Translations under genes and position numbers: made by a program
Virus record (IMG/VR): IMGVR_UViG_3300032092_000001
DNA from: a virus
Lineage: Duplodnaviria; Caudoviricetes
Length of the DNA: 64,000 nt
Direction: 5' to 3' (one strand)
In this document: piece by piece, positions 1 to 8,777 of the stretch
Layout of the letters: each line of letters starts with the position of its first letter
How positions within the stretch are numbered: the first letter of the stretch is position 1
Notes under the pieces: model-generated
Databases searched by the model: none
Seen by the model: the letters and a program-made list of their open reading frames with translations, nothing else
What the model was told of the DNA's origin: nothing

Positions 1-1
1 C

Positions 2-748
2 CAAACATATTATAACATCTGACTTAGCCTTATTATATATCGCATCAAACAATAAATCATGAAGCACTTTCCCTAAAAGTATAACTGGGTTTGGTGTAAA
101 GAATCCGTCAAAAACACCTTCACATATATAAATCGGTTTTTCCCAATCAATTAACTTTTCATTGAAGATGATAGTCTCTTTTGGGAACTCCGGATTTTTG
201 TATTTGTTTTTCGTTTTAAACCAAGCCCTTGAGACAAAATAATTCATCTCGTCATCCATCCCGTATGATGGGACAATTATTCTTCCCATGTATTCCCCCT
301 CACATGCAAATCCGATATTATACTTTTCAACCATTTGGTCGGTGATACCACGAGATTTAATATACTTTAACGCCTCCTTATGTGGGATGTGTAATGGGTT
401 TACGTCTTTGAAAGAAATGAATTCTTTAGGTAGTTTTAACTTCGGTCTTTCTTTCTCCCTTGTTTTATATTCTTCAGGTTTGAATACGTCGTAAATTTTC
501 TTTTGTCTTTTTGTCCCAAAAATATCAACTAATTTACCCAATACTCCGTGAGTTCCGTTTGTTTCAGAACAAGCCCAACATTTATAAACGTGTTCGTTAA
601 TATTAACCTCTAAGTTACCTTTATTTTTACCATCATCACAATAAGGACAATTAAATGATATTTGTCCTTTTGATGCATAATAGTGTTTGTCCTTACCGAA
701 CAAGTCTCTTAACATGTCAACCAAAACTTCATTTTCATCCATACCCAT
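2..748 (-). CDS. dnaG: DNA primase, DnaG/T4 gp61-like (runs off the left edge; not in ORF track)
   Basis: Manual translation MGMDENEVLV...; zinc finger CPYC...CWAC, RIIVPSY, TOPRIM ICEGVFDG, ends at SDVIICL at the window edge. Confidence 0.88.
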   Translation of the reverse strand, partial: MGMDENEVLVDMLRDLFGKDKHYYASKGQISFNCPYCDDGKNKGNLEVNINEHVYKCWACSETNGTHGVLGKLVDIFGTKRQKKIYDVFKPEEYKTREKERPKLKLPKEFISFKDVNPLHIPHKEALKYIKSRGITDQMVEKYNIGFACEGEYMGRIIVPSYGMDDEMNYFVSRAWFKTKNKYKNPEFPKETIIFNEKLIDWEKPIYICEGVFDGFFTPNPVILLGKVLHDLLFDAIYNKAKSDVIICL

Positions 749-750
749 AA

Positions 751-778
751 AATATAATAAAAAACTTATTTAAATCAA
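751..778 (-). promoter_or_regulatory. Weak sigma70-like promoter candidate for primase
   Basis: TTGATT-N16-TATATT on the minus strand just upstream of the primase start; AT-rich context lowers specificity. Confidence 0.3.
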
Positions 779-804
779 ACTACACAAACTTTTCTTACCT
801 TTTA

Positions 805-811
805 TATTTAT
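805..811 (+). promoter_or_regulatory. TATTTAT element (putative late promoter)
   Basis: 6 nt before ATG at 818; recurrent motif. Confidence 0.6.
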
Positions 812-817
812 ATTCAT

Positions 818-1042
818 ATGCCAAGTTCAGGTTACATTTACGACATTACAGGTACAACACCTTTTCAGGTGTATGTCTCATTTTCAGGAGACGTTACTCA
901 ATACTATTATATAAATGAAATCGCAACTGGCGACTTACCCTACACCTTTGATTTACCAAGAGCAATACAGGACCAAACGGCGTATTGTGTTAAGATAGTT
1001 GACGGCGATGGGTGTATAATAACAGGATGCACAACAACTTAA
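818..1042 (+). CDS. Small virion-associated beta-sandwich-like module (paralog of 8541..8774 and N-terminus of 11385..12395)
   Basis: Shared pattern G-x-x-P-F/Y-x-V-Y ... LP ... KI-V/I-D-x-x-x-C. Confidence 0.65.
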   Translation: MPSSGYIYDITGTTPFQVYVSFSGDVTQYYYINEIATGDLPYTFDLPRAIQDQTAYCVKIVDGDGCIITGCTTT

Positions 1043-1046
1043 CAAA

Positions 1047-3545
1047 TTGGGAATAATAGAATGGTATAGTTTTTCGGGGTGTTGTAGCGGTACAACATTT
1101 CAGGTAGAATCTTCTTTACCGTTATCGGCATTTACCGCAGGTTACTCTTATTATTTAGAGACGGACCAATATACAGGATGCTCAGAATTTTTAACTTCAG
1201 GTTTTAATAGAGGAGCAACAGAATATATTTTGTTTTCATCTAATACGACATCTTATTCAAGTTGTACAGCATGTAAATTAGTTTATCCTTGTGTTCCGGG
1301 TCCAACACCAACTCCAACTTCAACTCCCGCACCTTCACCGACACCAACAAGAACTGCAACCCCTACACCAACGGTAACTACCACTCAAACTGTAACACCA
1401 TCTAGTACACCGACACCAACGATAACAAATACCCCAACGGTAACTAAAACACCAACTAATACACCTACTGTAACCCCAACGGTAACTAAAACACCAACCA
1501 ACACTCCAACAGTTACTAATACACCAACAAATACTTCTACACCATCATTAACACCAACTAATACTCCAACAAGAACTGTAACTCCATCACCTTCAGTAAC
1601 ACCAACATTAACTCCAACATCAAGTAATACTCCAACACCCACACCAACTCCAAGTATAACACCAACAATAACACCATCACCAACAATAACAAAGACACCA
1701 AGACCAACTCTACAAGTTTCACCAACCACAACACCTTCAGTTAGTGTAACACCAACAATTACTCCAAGTACAACTCCATTATCTGGTTGTGTTTATCAAT
1801 CATTTTGTGTTTTCACAAAGTTAACAGGGTATTCACAATACGATGGTACATATTACAACTATGGTGGATATAACGGATATGATATATTTTATGCGCCTGA
1901 CGCAACGACACCATCATTTATTTATTTTGATATTACTAATTCAAGATGGGTATTATCCGAAACTAGTGGAGGTACTGCAGTATTGTTTGGACCAACTAAG
2001 ACATATTCAAAATGTCCTGATTTAGATGAAACATGGTTTAACAATGTTTGCCCAACACCAACACCATCAAGTACTGATGCATGTAACACATTTGATTTTA
2101 CAGCTTCTTTTGATTGTAATATAACATCAGGAGCCACACCCACCCCAACACCAACAGTCACATCAACAAGTACACCAACCCCAACTCCAACACCAACTCC
2201 AATATGTTACGGTAAGGCAGTTAGTTTTTCAGCAAGTACTTATGATTACCCATTAGAAACACCTACTCCAACACCAACACCAACAAACTTAGTGAAGGGT
2301 GTTAGTGTTACTGGCTCAAGTACAACAACAACTATTGAGACTTCTTTCACAAGCTCATTGTCTAAGGTTCTTCAAGATTGTACTGACCCATTAACTTATT
2401 ATGTTTCAGAATCAGTTCCATTTAATACAGGTGCAACGTTTAGTGCAATTATTGATAACAATCCAGTTTGTGTAACTTACTTGTACGATGACCCGATTCC
2501 ACCTGTAAATGTACTTAATTCAATTGAGAGTGGAAACTTGTTTGAATGTAGATTCTGTGTTCCGTCATACTCACCAACCCCAACACCTACCACGACACCA
2601 ACACCAACTCCAACAACACCTCCACCTCATGTAATTGCAACATTATCAGTACCATTAGCACCTTTCTATGGTGTAGTTGACGAAAGTACTGAAACATTAT
2701 ATAGTATTAACTCAGGAGCAACCGTAAGTGTAATTAGTCTTTCCGCAATATCCGTAACTTCAACAATTACAGGATTTACAGCACCTAATTATGGTGGTGT
2801 GATTGACCCAATCAATAATACATTAATTGTATCTAACCACACAAGTGGAACATTAAGTGTTGTTGCATTAAGTTCTAACACTATCGTACAAACAATATCT
2901 CTTGGTGGTACAAACTTCCCGTATGGAATGTCGTTTGATTCAGTTAATAATAGAATATATGTATCAATCTATAATCAAGCACAAGTTAGATACTTTGACG
3001 TATCTTCGGGTGTACCATACACATTAGGAGGAACAATCTCAGTTCAAAACAGACCTGAGCAACCAGTATTTGTTGCTAAAAATTCAAGACTATATGTACC
3101 TTGTTCTTCAGGTGGAACTGTTTCAGTAATTAACACAATTACAAATTCAGTAATATCAACAATACCAATTGGACCTGGAGGTTTATCAGGACATTTACCA
3201 AGATTTGCAGTTTACTCTCCAAACAACGACACAGTATACGTAGCTTGTAATGGTACAGGTAATGTGATAACAATTAATCCAAATACTAACTTAACAGGTT
3301 CAACATTGTCAACAGGTTTAGGAAGTGGTGCGGCTAACACAATTGCACTTGACACTAATAGTGATAGATTATACGTAAGTAATTTATCTTTTGATAACTT
3401 AACAGTATTCAACATTAATACCAATACAATAACTAATACAATTACAATAGGTGATGGACCGAGAGGAATTGCTTATGATACAGTTTATGATAGAATGTAC
3501 GTATCAGTGAACTTAGATAATGAAATTAAAGTACTAAACACATAA
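1047..3545 (+). CDS. Putative adhesin/fibre: Cys-rich N-terminus, Pro/Thr stalk, C-terminal YVTN/YncE-like beta-propeller
   Basis: TTG start 4 nt after the previous stop; long TPT repeats; propeller repeats such as [28 protein letters not shown] and [12 protein letters not shown]. Confidence 0.8.
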   Translation: MGIIEWYSFSGCCSGTTFQVESSLPLSAFTAGYSYYLETDQYTGCSEFLTSGFNRGATEYILFSSNTTSYSSCTACKLVYPCVPGPTPTPTSTPAPSPTPTRTATPTPTVTTTQTVTPSSTPTPTITNTPTVTKTPTNTPTVTPTVTKTPTNTPTVTNTPTNTSTPSLTPTNTPTRTVTPSPSVTPTLTPTSSNTPTPTPTPSITPTITPSPTITKTPRPTLQVSPTTTPSVSVTPTITPSTTPLSGCVYQSFCVFTKLTGYSQYDGTYYNYGGYNGYDIFYAPDATTPSFIYFDITNSRWVLSETSGGTAVLFGPTKTYSKCPDLDETWFNNVCPTPTPSSTDACNTFDFTASFDCNITSGATPTPTPTVTSTSTPTPTPTPTPICYGKAVSFSASTYDYPLETPTPTPTPTNLVKGVSVTGSSTTTTIETSFTSSLSKVLQDCTDPLTYYVSESVPFNTGATFSAIIDNNPVCVTYLYDDPIPPVNVLNSIESGNLFECRFCVPSYSPTPTPTTTPTPTPTTPPPHVIATLSVPLAPFYGVVDESTETLYSINSGATVSVISLSAISVTSTITGFTAPNYGGVIDPINNTLIVSNHTSGTLSVVALSSNTIVQTISLGGTNFPYGMSFDSVNNRIYVSIYNQAQVRYFDVSSGVPYTLGGTISVQNRPEQPVFVAKNSRLYVPCSSGGTVSVINTITNSVISTIPIGPGGLSGHLPRFAVYSPNNDTVYVACNGTGNVITINPNTNLTGSTLSTGLGSGAANTIALDTNSDRLYVSNLSFDNLTVFNINTNTITNTITIGDGPRGIAYDTVYDRMYVSVNLDNEIKVLNT
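1296..1779 (+). repeat. Pro/Thr-rich coding tandem repeat (mucin-like linker)
   Basis: Degenerate TPT/TVT/TNT units; exact 26-bp duplication accccaacggtaactaaaacaccaac at 1431-1456 and 1473-1498. Confidence 0.9.
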
Positions 3546-3561
3546 AAAATGAAATTATAAT

Positions 3562-3568
3562 TATTTAT
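3562..3568 (+). promoter_or_regulatory. TATTTAT element (putative late promoter)
   Basis: 4 nt before ATG at 3573. Confidence 0.6.
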
Positions 3569-3572
3569 TAAT

Positions 3573-5723
3573 ATGGCATATGGATTTCAAAATTGTTGTG
3601 ATGGTACTGAATATTTTTACGTAAATGGTATACCTAGCTCAGTTTCTGAGTTGGAAACTTATTATATTGACACTACTGAAGGTTTAGATTTTTGTGCAAC
3701 CTACGTTGAATTACCTGAACTATTTTATCAACCAAAGACTTATAACTTGGTTGGAATGACGGCTCAGACTGATTGTACTGAATGCACAACATCAAACCCT
3801 TGTCCTGATATTATAGAAGATGATATTGATAGTATTAGTTCATATATCACTACGACATCAAATGAATGTGTAGTTATTACAGAATCATTTTTAGAGGTTA
3901 CTTGTGTTCAAACAACAGTACCGACATTTTTAAACCCTAATGCAGGTATAGTCTCTTTAAATATTGTAGGCGGAGTACCTCCTTACTTAATTTACAGTTC
4001 TAACACCACAACTCAATTAACAGCATCTTCTAATCCTGGTAACATACAAGTACTAGCTAATAAACCAGGAGGTACATATTCATTTGACGTTTTAGATTTT
4101 ACGAATAATATAGCGTCAATTAATTGTACGTTACCATCCGCACCATCAACATTATTGTCAACATGTAACACTCAAAATATTAGTCAATTTGGGTTAAGTG
4201 ACGGTAAGTTATTCTACCCATCAATACAAGGAGGAACACCTCCATATTTTGTTTATTCCGGAGCAACTTTATTAACTCAATCAAACTTCCCATTAGTTAA
4301 TTTAGGACTTAATGGAAATCCCTACACTTTAACTATACAGGACAGTGGAACAGGTTCTAATTTTCAACAATATTCTTTATCCTGTACTATAACACAACCT
4401 GCTCAAGTTTTCATATACCCTAATAATCTTTGTATACAATTTGAATACTGTGGTAAAGGATTTCAACTTTCATTTACAAGTGCGGGGACAATAAATAACA
4501 GAGCAAGTTACACATTAACAAACGCATCGTCAATTGGGGTTTCTTCATCTGTTACACTATCATTTAATGGAACTAACTGGATTACATCTTCATTTACATC
4601 AACTGTACCTATAACTTTACCAAATGGATGTATAACGAATACAGTATCGTCAACATTATTTGGTCCAACAACACAATATCCGTTAGGTGCGTGGTCTGTC
4701 AATTCAAGTTCTTGGTTATACAATGACGGTGTAAATAATACAGTATTCACACTATATTCAGGAACTTGTCAAAATACTGTAATAACACCAACAATCACAA
4801 CTCAAGGATATTGTTCCACAAGTCCAACACCTCAAGGAATTGCAACATTTTCTCCCGTAGTTGGCGGTTTAAGTCCATATACTTTTATAGTCGATAACAA
4901 TTTAATTGGTTCAAATACTACAACATCATCTGTTGCAAACCTAACTTCAGGTTCTCACACATATACCATTACAGACCAAACAGGTAGTACTGTAACAGGT
5001 AGTTTTATAATTCCATCAACAGCAGGCGCAAATCTATCATTAAATCTTAACAAATACGATAACGCAAGTACATTTTATACTAATACAACATTAACAGGTG
5101 GTATCTCGGTTAGAAGTATATATAGAAATTTTAACATTGATGTGTCAATTTTAAATTTACCATCAAATGTTACTCTTCAGGGTTACTTTGAACTAACAAT
5201 AAGAGCTCAGCTAGCAACAACTGCTCAATATTTAGACACATATGCCGGAGGTTGGTCGGATAGTTACGACGATGTGAATGTTTTTAAAAACTCAACTCCA
5301 ATTAGTTCATCAATTATATCGGTATCAACTTCTGACACAGGAGCAATTACAAGATTAAATAGTAACGTGAGTCCTAATTTCATTCCCGCAAATAATAATA
5401 CTTCATGTACATTCACATCAACTGTTTTTACCAGAAAACTTAAAAGAATTTTTACGGTAGGAACGTCATCATCACCATTAACGATATCAAGTTCAGACTT
5501 AATAAAATTTAATTTTGAGCCGGCATATAATTTTAGAATAAATTCAACAAATTTATGTAGACCGGGTATTACATTTCAATATAACATTAAATTCATACCT
5601 ACTACACCTCAACCAAATTGTTTAATTTATAATTTTTCAACAGAATCAATAACTTCATTTAGACAAATTTCAGGAAATAATAATCCTTCCACTTTGGATA
5701 CAACAAATAGAATATCATATTAA
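3573..5723 (+). CDS. Putative virion adhesin with Cys-rich N-terminus and SprB-like repeats
   Basis: N-terminal CC...C...CxxC...PC as in the 1047 ORF; GGVPPY, GGTPPY, GGLSPY and GSHTYTITD motifs typical of SprB repeats. Confidence 0.7.
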   Translation: MAYGFQNCCDGTEYFYVNGIPSSVSELETYYIDTTEGLDFCATYVELPELFYQPKTYNLVGMTAQTDCTECTTSNPCPDIIEDDIDSISSYITTTSNECVVITESFLEVTCVQTTVPTFLNPNAGIVSLNIVGGVPPYLIYSSNTTTQLTASSNPGNIQVLANKPGGTYSFDVLDFTNNIASINCTLPSAPSTLLSTCNTQNISQFGLSDGKLFYPSIQGGTPPYFVYSGATLLTQSNFPLVNLGLNGNPYTLTIQDSGTGSNFQQYSLSCTITQPAQVFIYPNNLCIQFEYCGKGFQLSFTSAGTINNRASYTLTNASSIGVSSSVTLSFNGTNWITSSFTSTVPITLPNGCITNTVSSTLFGPTTQYPLGAWSVNSSSWLYNDGVNNTVFTLYSGTCQNTVITPTITTQGYCSTSPTPQGIATFSPVVGGLSPYTFIVDNNLIGSNTTTSSVANLTSGSHTYTITDQTGSTVTGSFIIPSTAGANLSLNLNKYDNASTFYTNTTLTGGISVRSIYRNFNIDVSILNLPSNVTLQGYFELTIRAQLATTAQYLDTYAGGWSDSYDDVNVFKNSTPISSSIISVSTSDTGAITRLNSNVSPNFIPANNNTSCTFTSTVFTRKLKRIFTVGTSSSPLTISSSDLIKFNFEPAYNFRINSTNLCRPGITFQYNIKFIPTTPQPNCLIYNFSTESITSFRQISGNNNPSTLDTTNRISY

Positions 5724-5725
5724 AA

Positions 5726-5732
5726 TATTTAT
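5726..5732 (+). promoter_or_regulatory. TATTTAT element (putative late promoter)
   Basis: 5 nt before ATG at 5738. Confidence 0.6.
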
Positions 5733-5737
5733 ATAAA

Positions 5738-7912
5738 ATGGGATACATAATAAAGAACACACAAGGTTTAATAGTCACAAGATTAACAGATACAGGTAGA
5801 AAAAAACTATCTGAAGGTAATTTTAATATTGCATATTTTCAAGTAGGTGATAGTGAAGTAAACTACAACAAAGTTTCAATCCCCTATAACAAGGCGAATT
5901 TTCAAATTTTAGAACCATCATATAATGCACAAAATTCAACAGGAATTCCATCATCAAATAAAAACGATATTAAGTATCCATTTTATTTAAGTACAACTTC
6001 AGGTATTACTTACGGTATACCATTTATGGCATCATCAGATGAATCGGTTTTTAATAAAGCAACAACATCAGGATTTTTTTCAGCGTCTACTAATTGTTAT
6101 AAGATACAAACCAGTAGCGCTTACACATATAATTCACAATACGTTGTAGATTTATCAACATTTGTTGGTACCAACGGTTTCTTAACTCTTAGTTCAAACC
6201 CATGTTCGGATTCATCTACAGGAACTTTATCAGCAAATACTTATGTCACAATTTATACAATTAGTGGTAATACTTGTAATTGTGTTAATTTTAATTCACC
6301 TATTTTAACATTCAGAGTTGGTAGTTTTAACACTCTGACATCAACTTTATATTTAGACAGAGCAGTTCCTGATTTAAATTCATTAGGATTTAGCGGTTAT
6401 GGAAGATGCATATTCACAACGTCAGGAATTACAGGATATGATTTACCAACACCTCAGAATTATTGGAGTGATAGTGTAATTAATTACGAATCGGTTTGTA
6501 CCCCTGAGGATGGTTATGTTAGAGTGTGGAACATGAATATTCCTTGGTCTGAATCTCCAGCAGGAGTTGCTGCACCATATAGAACATATACTAATTTCCC
6601 ATCAATAGATTATTTGAGTACTAAAGAATATTATGGTTATATGTCTTCAACAGGACAAAGTGCGACAACTGCGGTAACTTATTATAATTCATTTGGTGAG
6701 ATGATTACAGTATTACCTGAAGAACAAAAATCAATATCAATCGTTCATTATACCAATAACGCAATTATTAATTTCTACGGAGAAAAATTTGCAACTGAAG
6801 TTTACGTTGACGGTTCCGACGGTGAAGCCAGAAATTTTTCAATAACTTTACCGTGGTTAATGTGGCATAAAAATTCATCTCCATCAACATCAGGTGAGAC
6901 ATTTTTTATTGACCCTCCAGGTTATTCATCTCTTGATTTATTAACGCCATACTATATCAAATCATCTAAAAATTCAGATATGAATTCTCCAGGAATTCGT
7001 TTCTACAATTTATATGACACTCACACAAATCCTGACGGTTACCCAAGTAGAGTTGGTAGAGTTTTTCCAGATGATAAAATCATAATATTTGATGACGAAG
7101 AAATCATTGCAACGATGACATATGTTGCAAACAGAAACTATACATTACCATCACCTAAATTAGGATTAATCAGTCCAGGTTCTTGTGGTGACGATTCAAC
7201 TAACGGACTATTAGATAATGATAGTCAACAAATTTGGGTTAGTTACGGATTTGAAGGTGATTGGCAAGGAATGCATTGTAACTACTATCAAAATATTTTA
7301 GGTCCAATGACTGGAGTTGGTTTAACGGAACAGAATGTAACAGTTAGTTTTGGTGGAGATTTTACATATATGAATACTGGAAGTACTACAGGTTTCTCAT
7401 CTAATTTGTTCTACGTTATCGCCCAAACAGGTACAACATCAATGTCTCGCCCATTAGCCGACTCATGGAAAAAGATAACCGCATTCACTTCAAATGAATT
7501 AAGTTCTTACATTGCAACTAATGGTAATATTATACCTGGAGGTATGACTGCTAAAACTTTTACAATTACTCCAACATTATATTCATCAGCCCCAACATAT
7601 CAATTAAGCGAACAAATCACAATTCCATTAAATAGTAATACAACAAAATTAGGTTTTGGTGATGAAAATTTATTTTATGGGAATATCAATACAGACATAC
7701 AAGCAACAATATATGAAATGAGATATCTTATTAATTTACCAAATAATCAATTTGTTAAATCATCCAACCCAACTTGGACTACTGGAAGTTTACCTTATAT
7801 GAGTGAAATTGGTTTATATGATAACGATAAAAATTTATTAGTATTAGGTAAATTTCAATCGCCTCAAGTTAGAACAGGTATTCAACAAGTTGCAATTAAA
7901 TTAGATTTTTAA
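5738..7912 (+). CDS. Virion structural protein, tail-collar/fibre-attachment-like (DUF3751-like termini)
   Basis: N-terminal LTDTGRKKL...FQVGDSE and C-terminal SEIGLYDNDKNLLVLGK...IKLDF resemble the two halves of phage tail-collar fibre domains. Confidence 0.55.
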   Translation: MGYIIKNTQGLIVTRLTDTGRKKLSEGNFNIAYFQVGDSEVNYNKVSIPYNKANFQILEPSYNAQNSTGIPSSNKNDIKYPFYLSTTSGITYGIPFMASSDESVFNKATTSGFFSASTNCYKIQTSSAYTYNSQYVVDLSTFVGTNGFLTLSSNPCSDSSTGTLSANTYVTIYTISGNTCNCVNFNSPILTFRVGSFNTLTSTLYLDRAVPDLNSLGFSGYGRCIFTTSGITGYDLPTPQNYWSDSVINYESVCTPEDGYVRVWNMNIPWSESPAGVAAPYRTYTNFPSIDYLSTKEYYGYMSSTGQSATTAVTYYNSFGEMITVLPEEQKSISIVHYTNNAIINFYGEKFATEVYVDGSDGEARNFSITLPWLMWHKNSSPSTSGETFFIDPPGYSSLDLLTPYYIKSSKNSDMNSPGIRFYNLYDTHTNPDGYPSRVGRVFPDDKIIIFDDEEIIATMTYVANRNYTLPSPKLGLISPGSCGDDSTNGLLDNDSQQIWVSYGFEGDWQGMHCNYYQNILGPMTGVGLTEQNVTVSFGGDFTYMNTGSTTGFSSNLFYVIAQTGTTSMSRPLADSWKKITAFTSNELSSYIATNGNIIPGGMTAKTFTITPTLYSSAPTYQLSEQITIPLNSNTTKLGFGDENLFYGNINTDIQATIYEMRYLINLPNNQFVKSSNPTWTTGSLPYMSEIGLYDNDKNLLVLGKFQSPQVRTGIQQVAIKLDF

Positions 7913-7957
7913 GAATTGTTTACAATTAAGAATTATAATTTAATAATTAATTAAATT

Positions 7958-8551
7958 ATGGCAAAAAGTATTAAAAATTCCCCAAAGATTTTGGGATTGG
8001 ACGTTTCAACCAAAACAATTGGTGTCGCCCTTTTTGATTTATCCTCAAGAGATTTATTAGAGTTAACTCATATTTCTCCAAGACCAAAACCATCAAGTGA
8101 CAATAAAATGGAAGAATTAATTAATAAGTCCACTTTATTTAGAAAAAAACTTGAGGAGTATAAAGGTATTGGGGTCATCAGAGTCATAATTGAAGAACCT
8201 CTATTGAATAGTAATAATGTTTACACTATTGCAACCCTACTACGTTATAACACATTAATATCTAAGGAAGTTTATGATATTTTAGGAGTTGTCCCTGAAT
8301 ATATATCAACGTATAATTCAAGAAAAGAAGCTTTCCCTGAATTAGTTCAAAAAAATGAAAAGGGTAAATTTGTATTGTTTGGTGGTTATCCTAAAGATTG
8401 TGATAAAAAACAAATTATTTGGGAATTGGTTGCTAAAAGAGAACCTCAGATTCAGTGGTTATATACAAGAAACAACACTCTGAAAAAAGAGAACTTTGAC
8501 ATGACAGATGCATATACTGTTGTCTTATCCTATCTTAATTCTAAGAATTAG
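7958..8551 (+). CDS. ruvC: RuvC-like Holliday junction resolvase
   Basis: RNase H-fold acidic motifs ILGLDVS, IIEEP and DMTDA. Confidence 0.8.
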   Translation: MAKSIKNSPKILGLDVSTKTIGVALFDLSSRDLLELTHISPRPKPSSDNKMEELINKSTLFRKKLEEYKGIGVIRVIIEEPLLNSNNVYTIATLLRYNTLISKEVYDILGVVPEYISTYNSRKEAFPELVQKNEKGKFVLFGGYPKDCDKKQIIWELVAKREPQIQWLYTRNNTLKKENFDMTDAYTVVLSYLNSKN

Positions 8552-8774
8552 AACAACTTATAAATTTAAATGTTTCACATAAATTAGAATCAACAATCTT
8601 AACAAAGATTATTGTACTACCTGTTAAACTGCTTGGTAAATCAATAACTGTCGGCCAATAAACAGGGTCATATAAAGTATCAACTAATTGACAATTATTC
8701 ACATTTGAGTCACACATATATACCTCAAATGGTGGTATTCCTGAAATGTCAGTTATCGTTAAATTTATTCCCAT
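8541..8774 (-). CDS. Small virion-associated module (paralog of 818..1042)
   Basis: SGIPPFEVY...LP...KIVDSNLC; 3' end overlaps the convergent RuvC-like gene by 11 nt. Confidence 0.65.
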   Translation of the reverse strand: MGINLTITDISGIPPFEVYMCDSNVNNCQLVDTLYDPVYWPTVIDLPSSLTGSTIIFVKIVDSNLCETFKFISCSNS

Positions 8775-8777
8775 AGT

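Noticed and set aside
288-494. Short ORFs nested in or antisense to larger genes throughout the ORF track
   Set aside because: They overlap well-supported genes (this one lies opposite the primase) and have no motifs or expression signals
1040-1049. Read-through fusion of the 818 module to the 1047 adhesin
   Set aside because: Different frames, no slippery sequence, and a TTG start 4 nt after the stop fits translational coupling
1385-1729. Val/Gly-rich antisense ORFs (also 1922..2161, 11989..12186)
   Set aside because: Mirror translations of Pro/Thr repeats on the opposite strand
1296-1779. CRISPR array
   Set aside because: Repeats are in-frame Pro/Thr codons with no unique spacers
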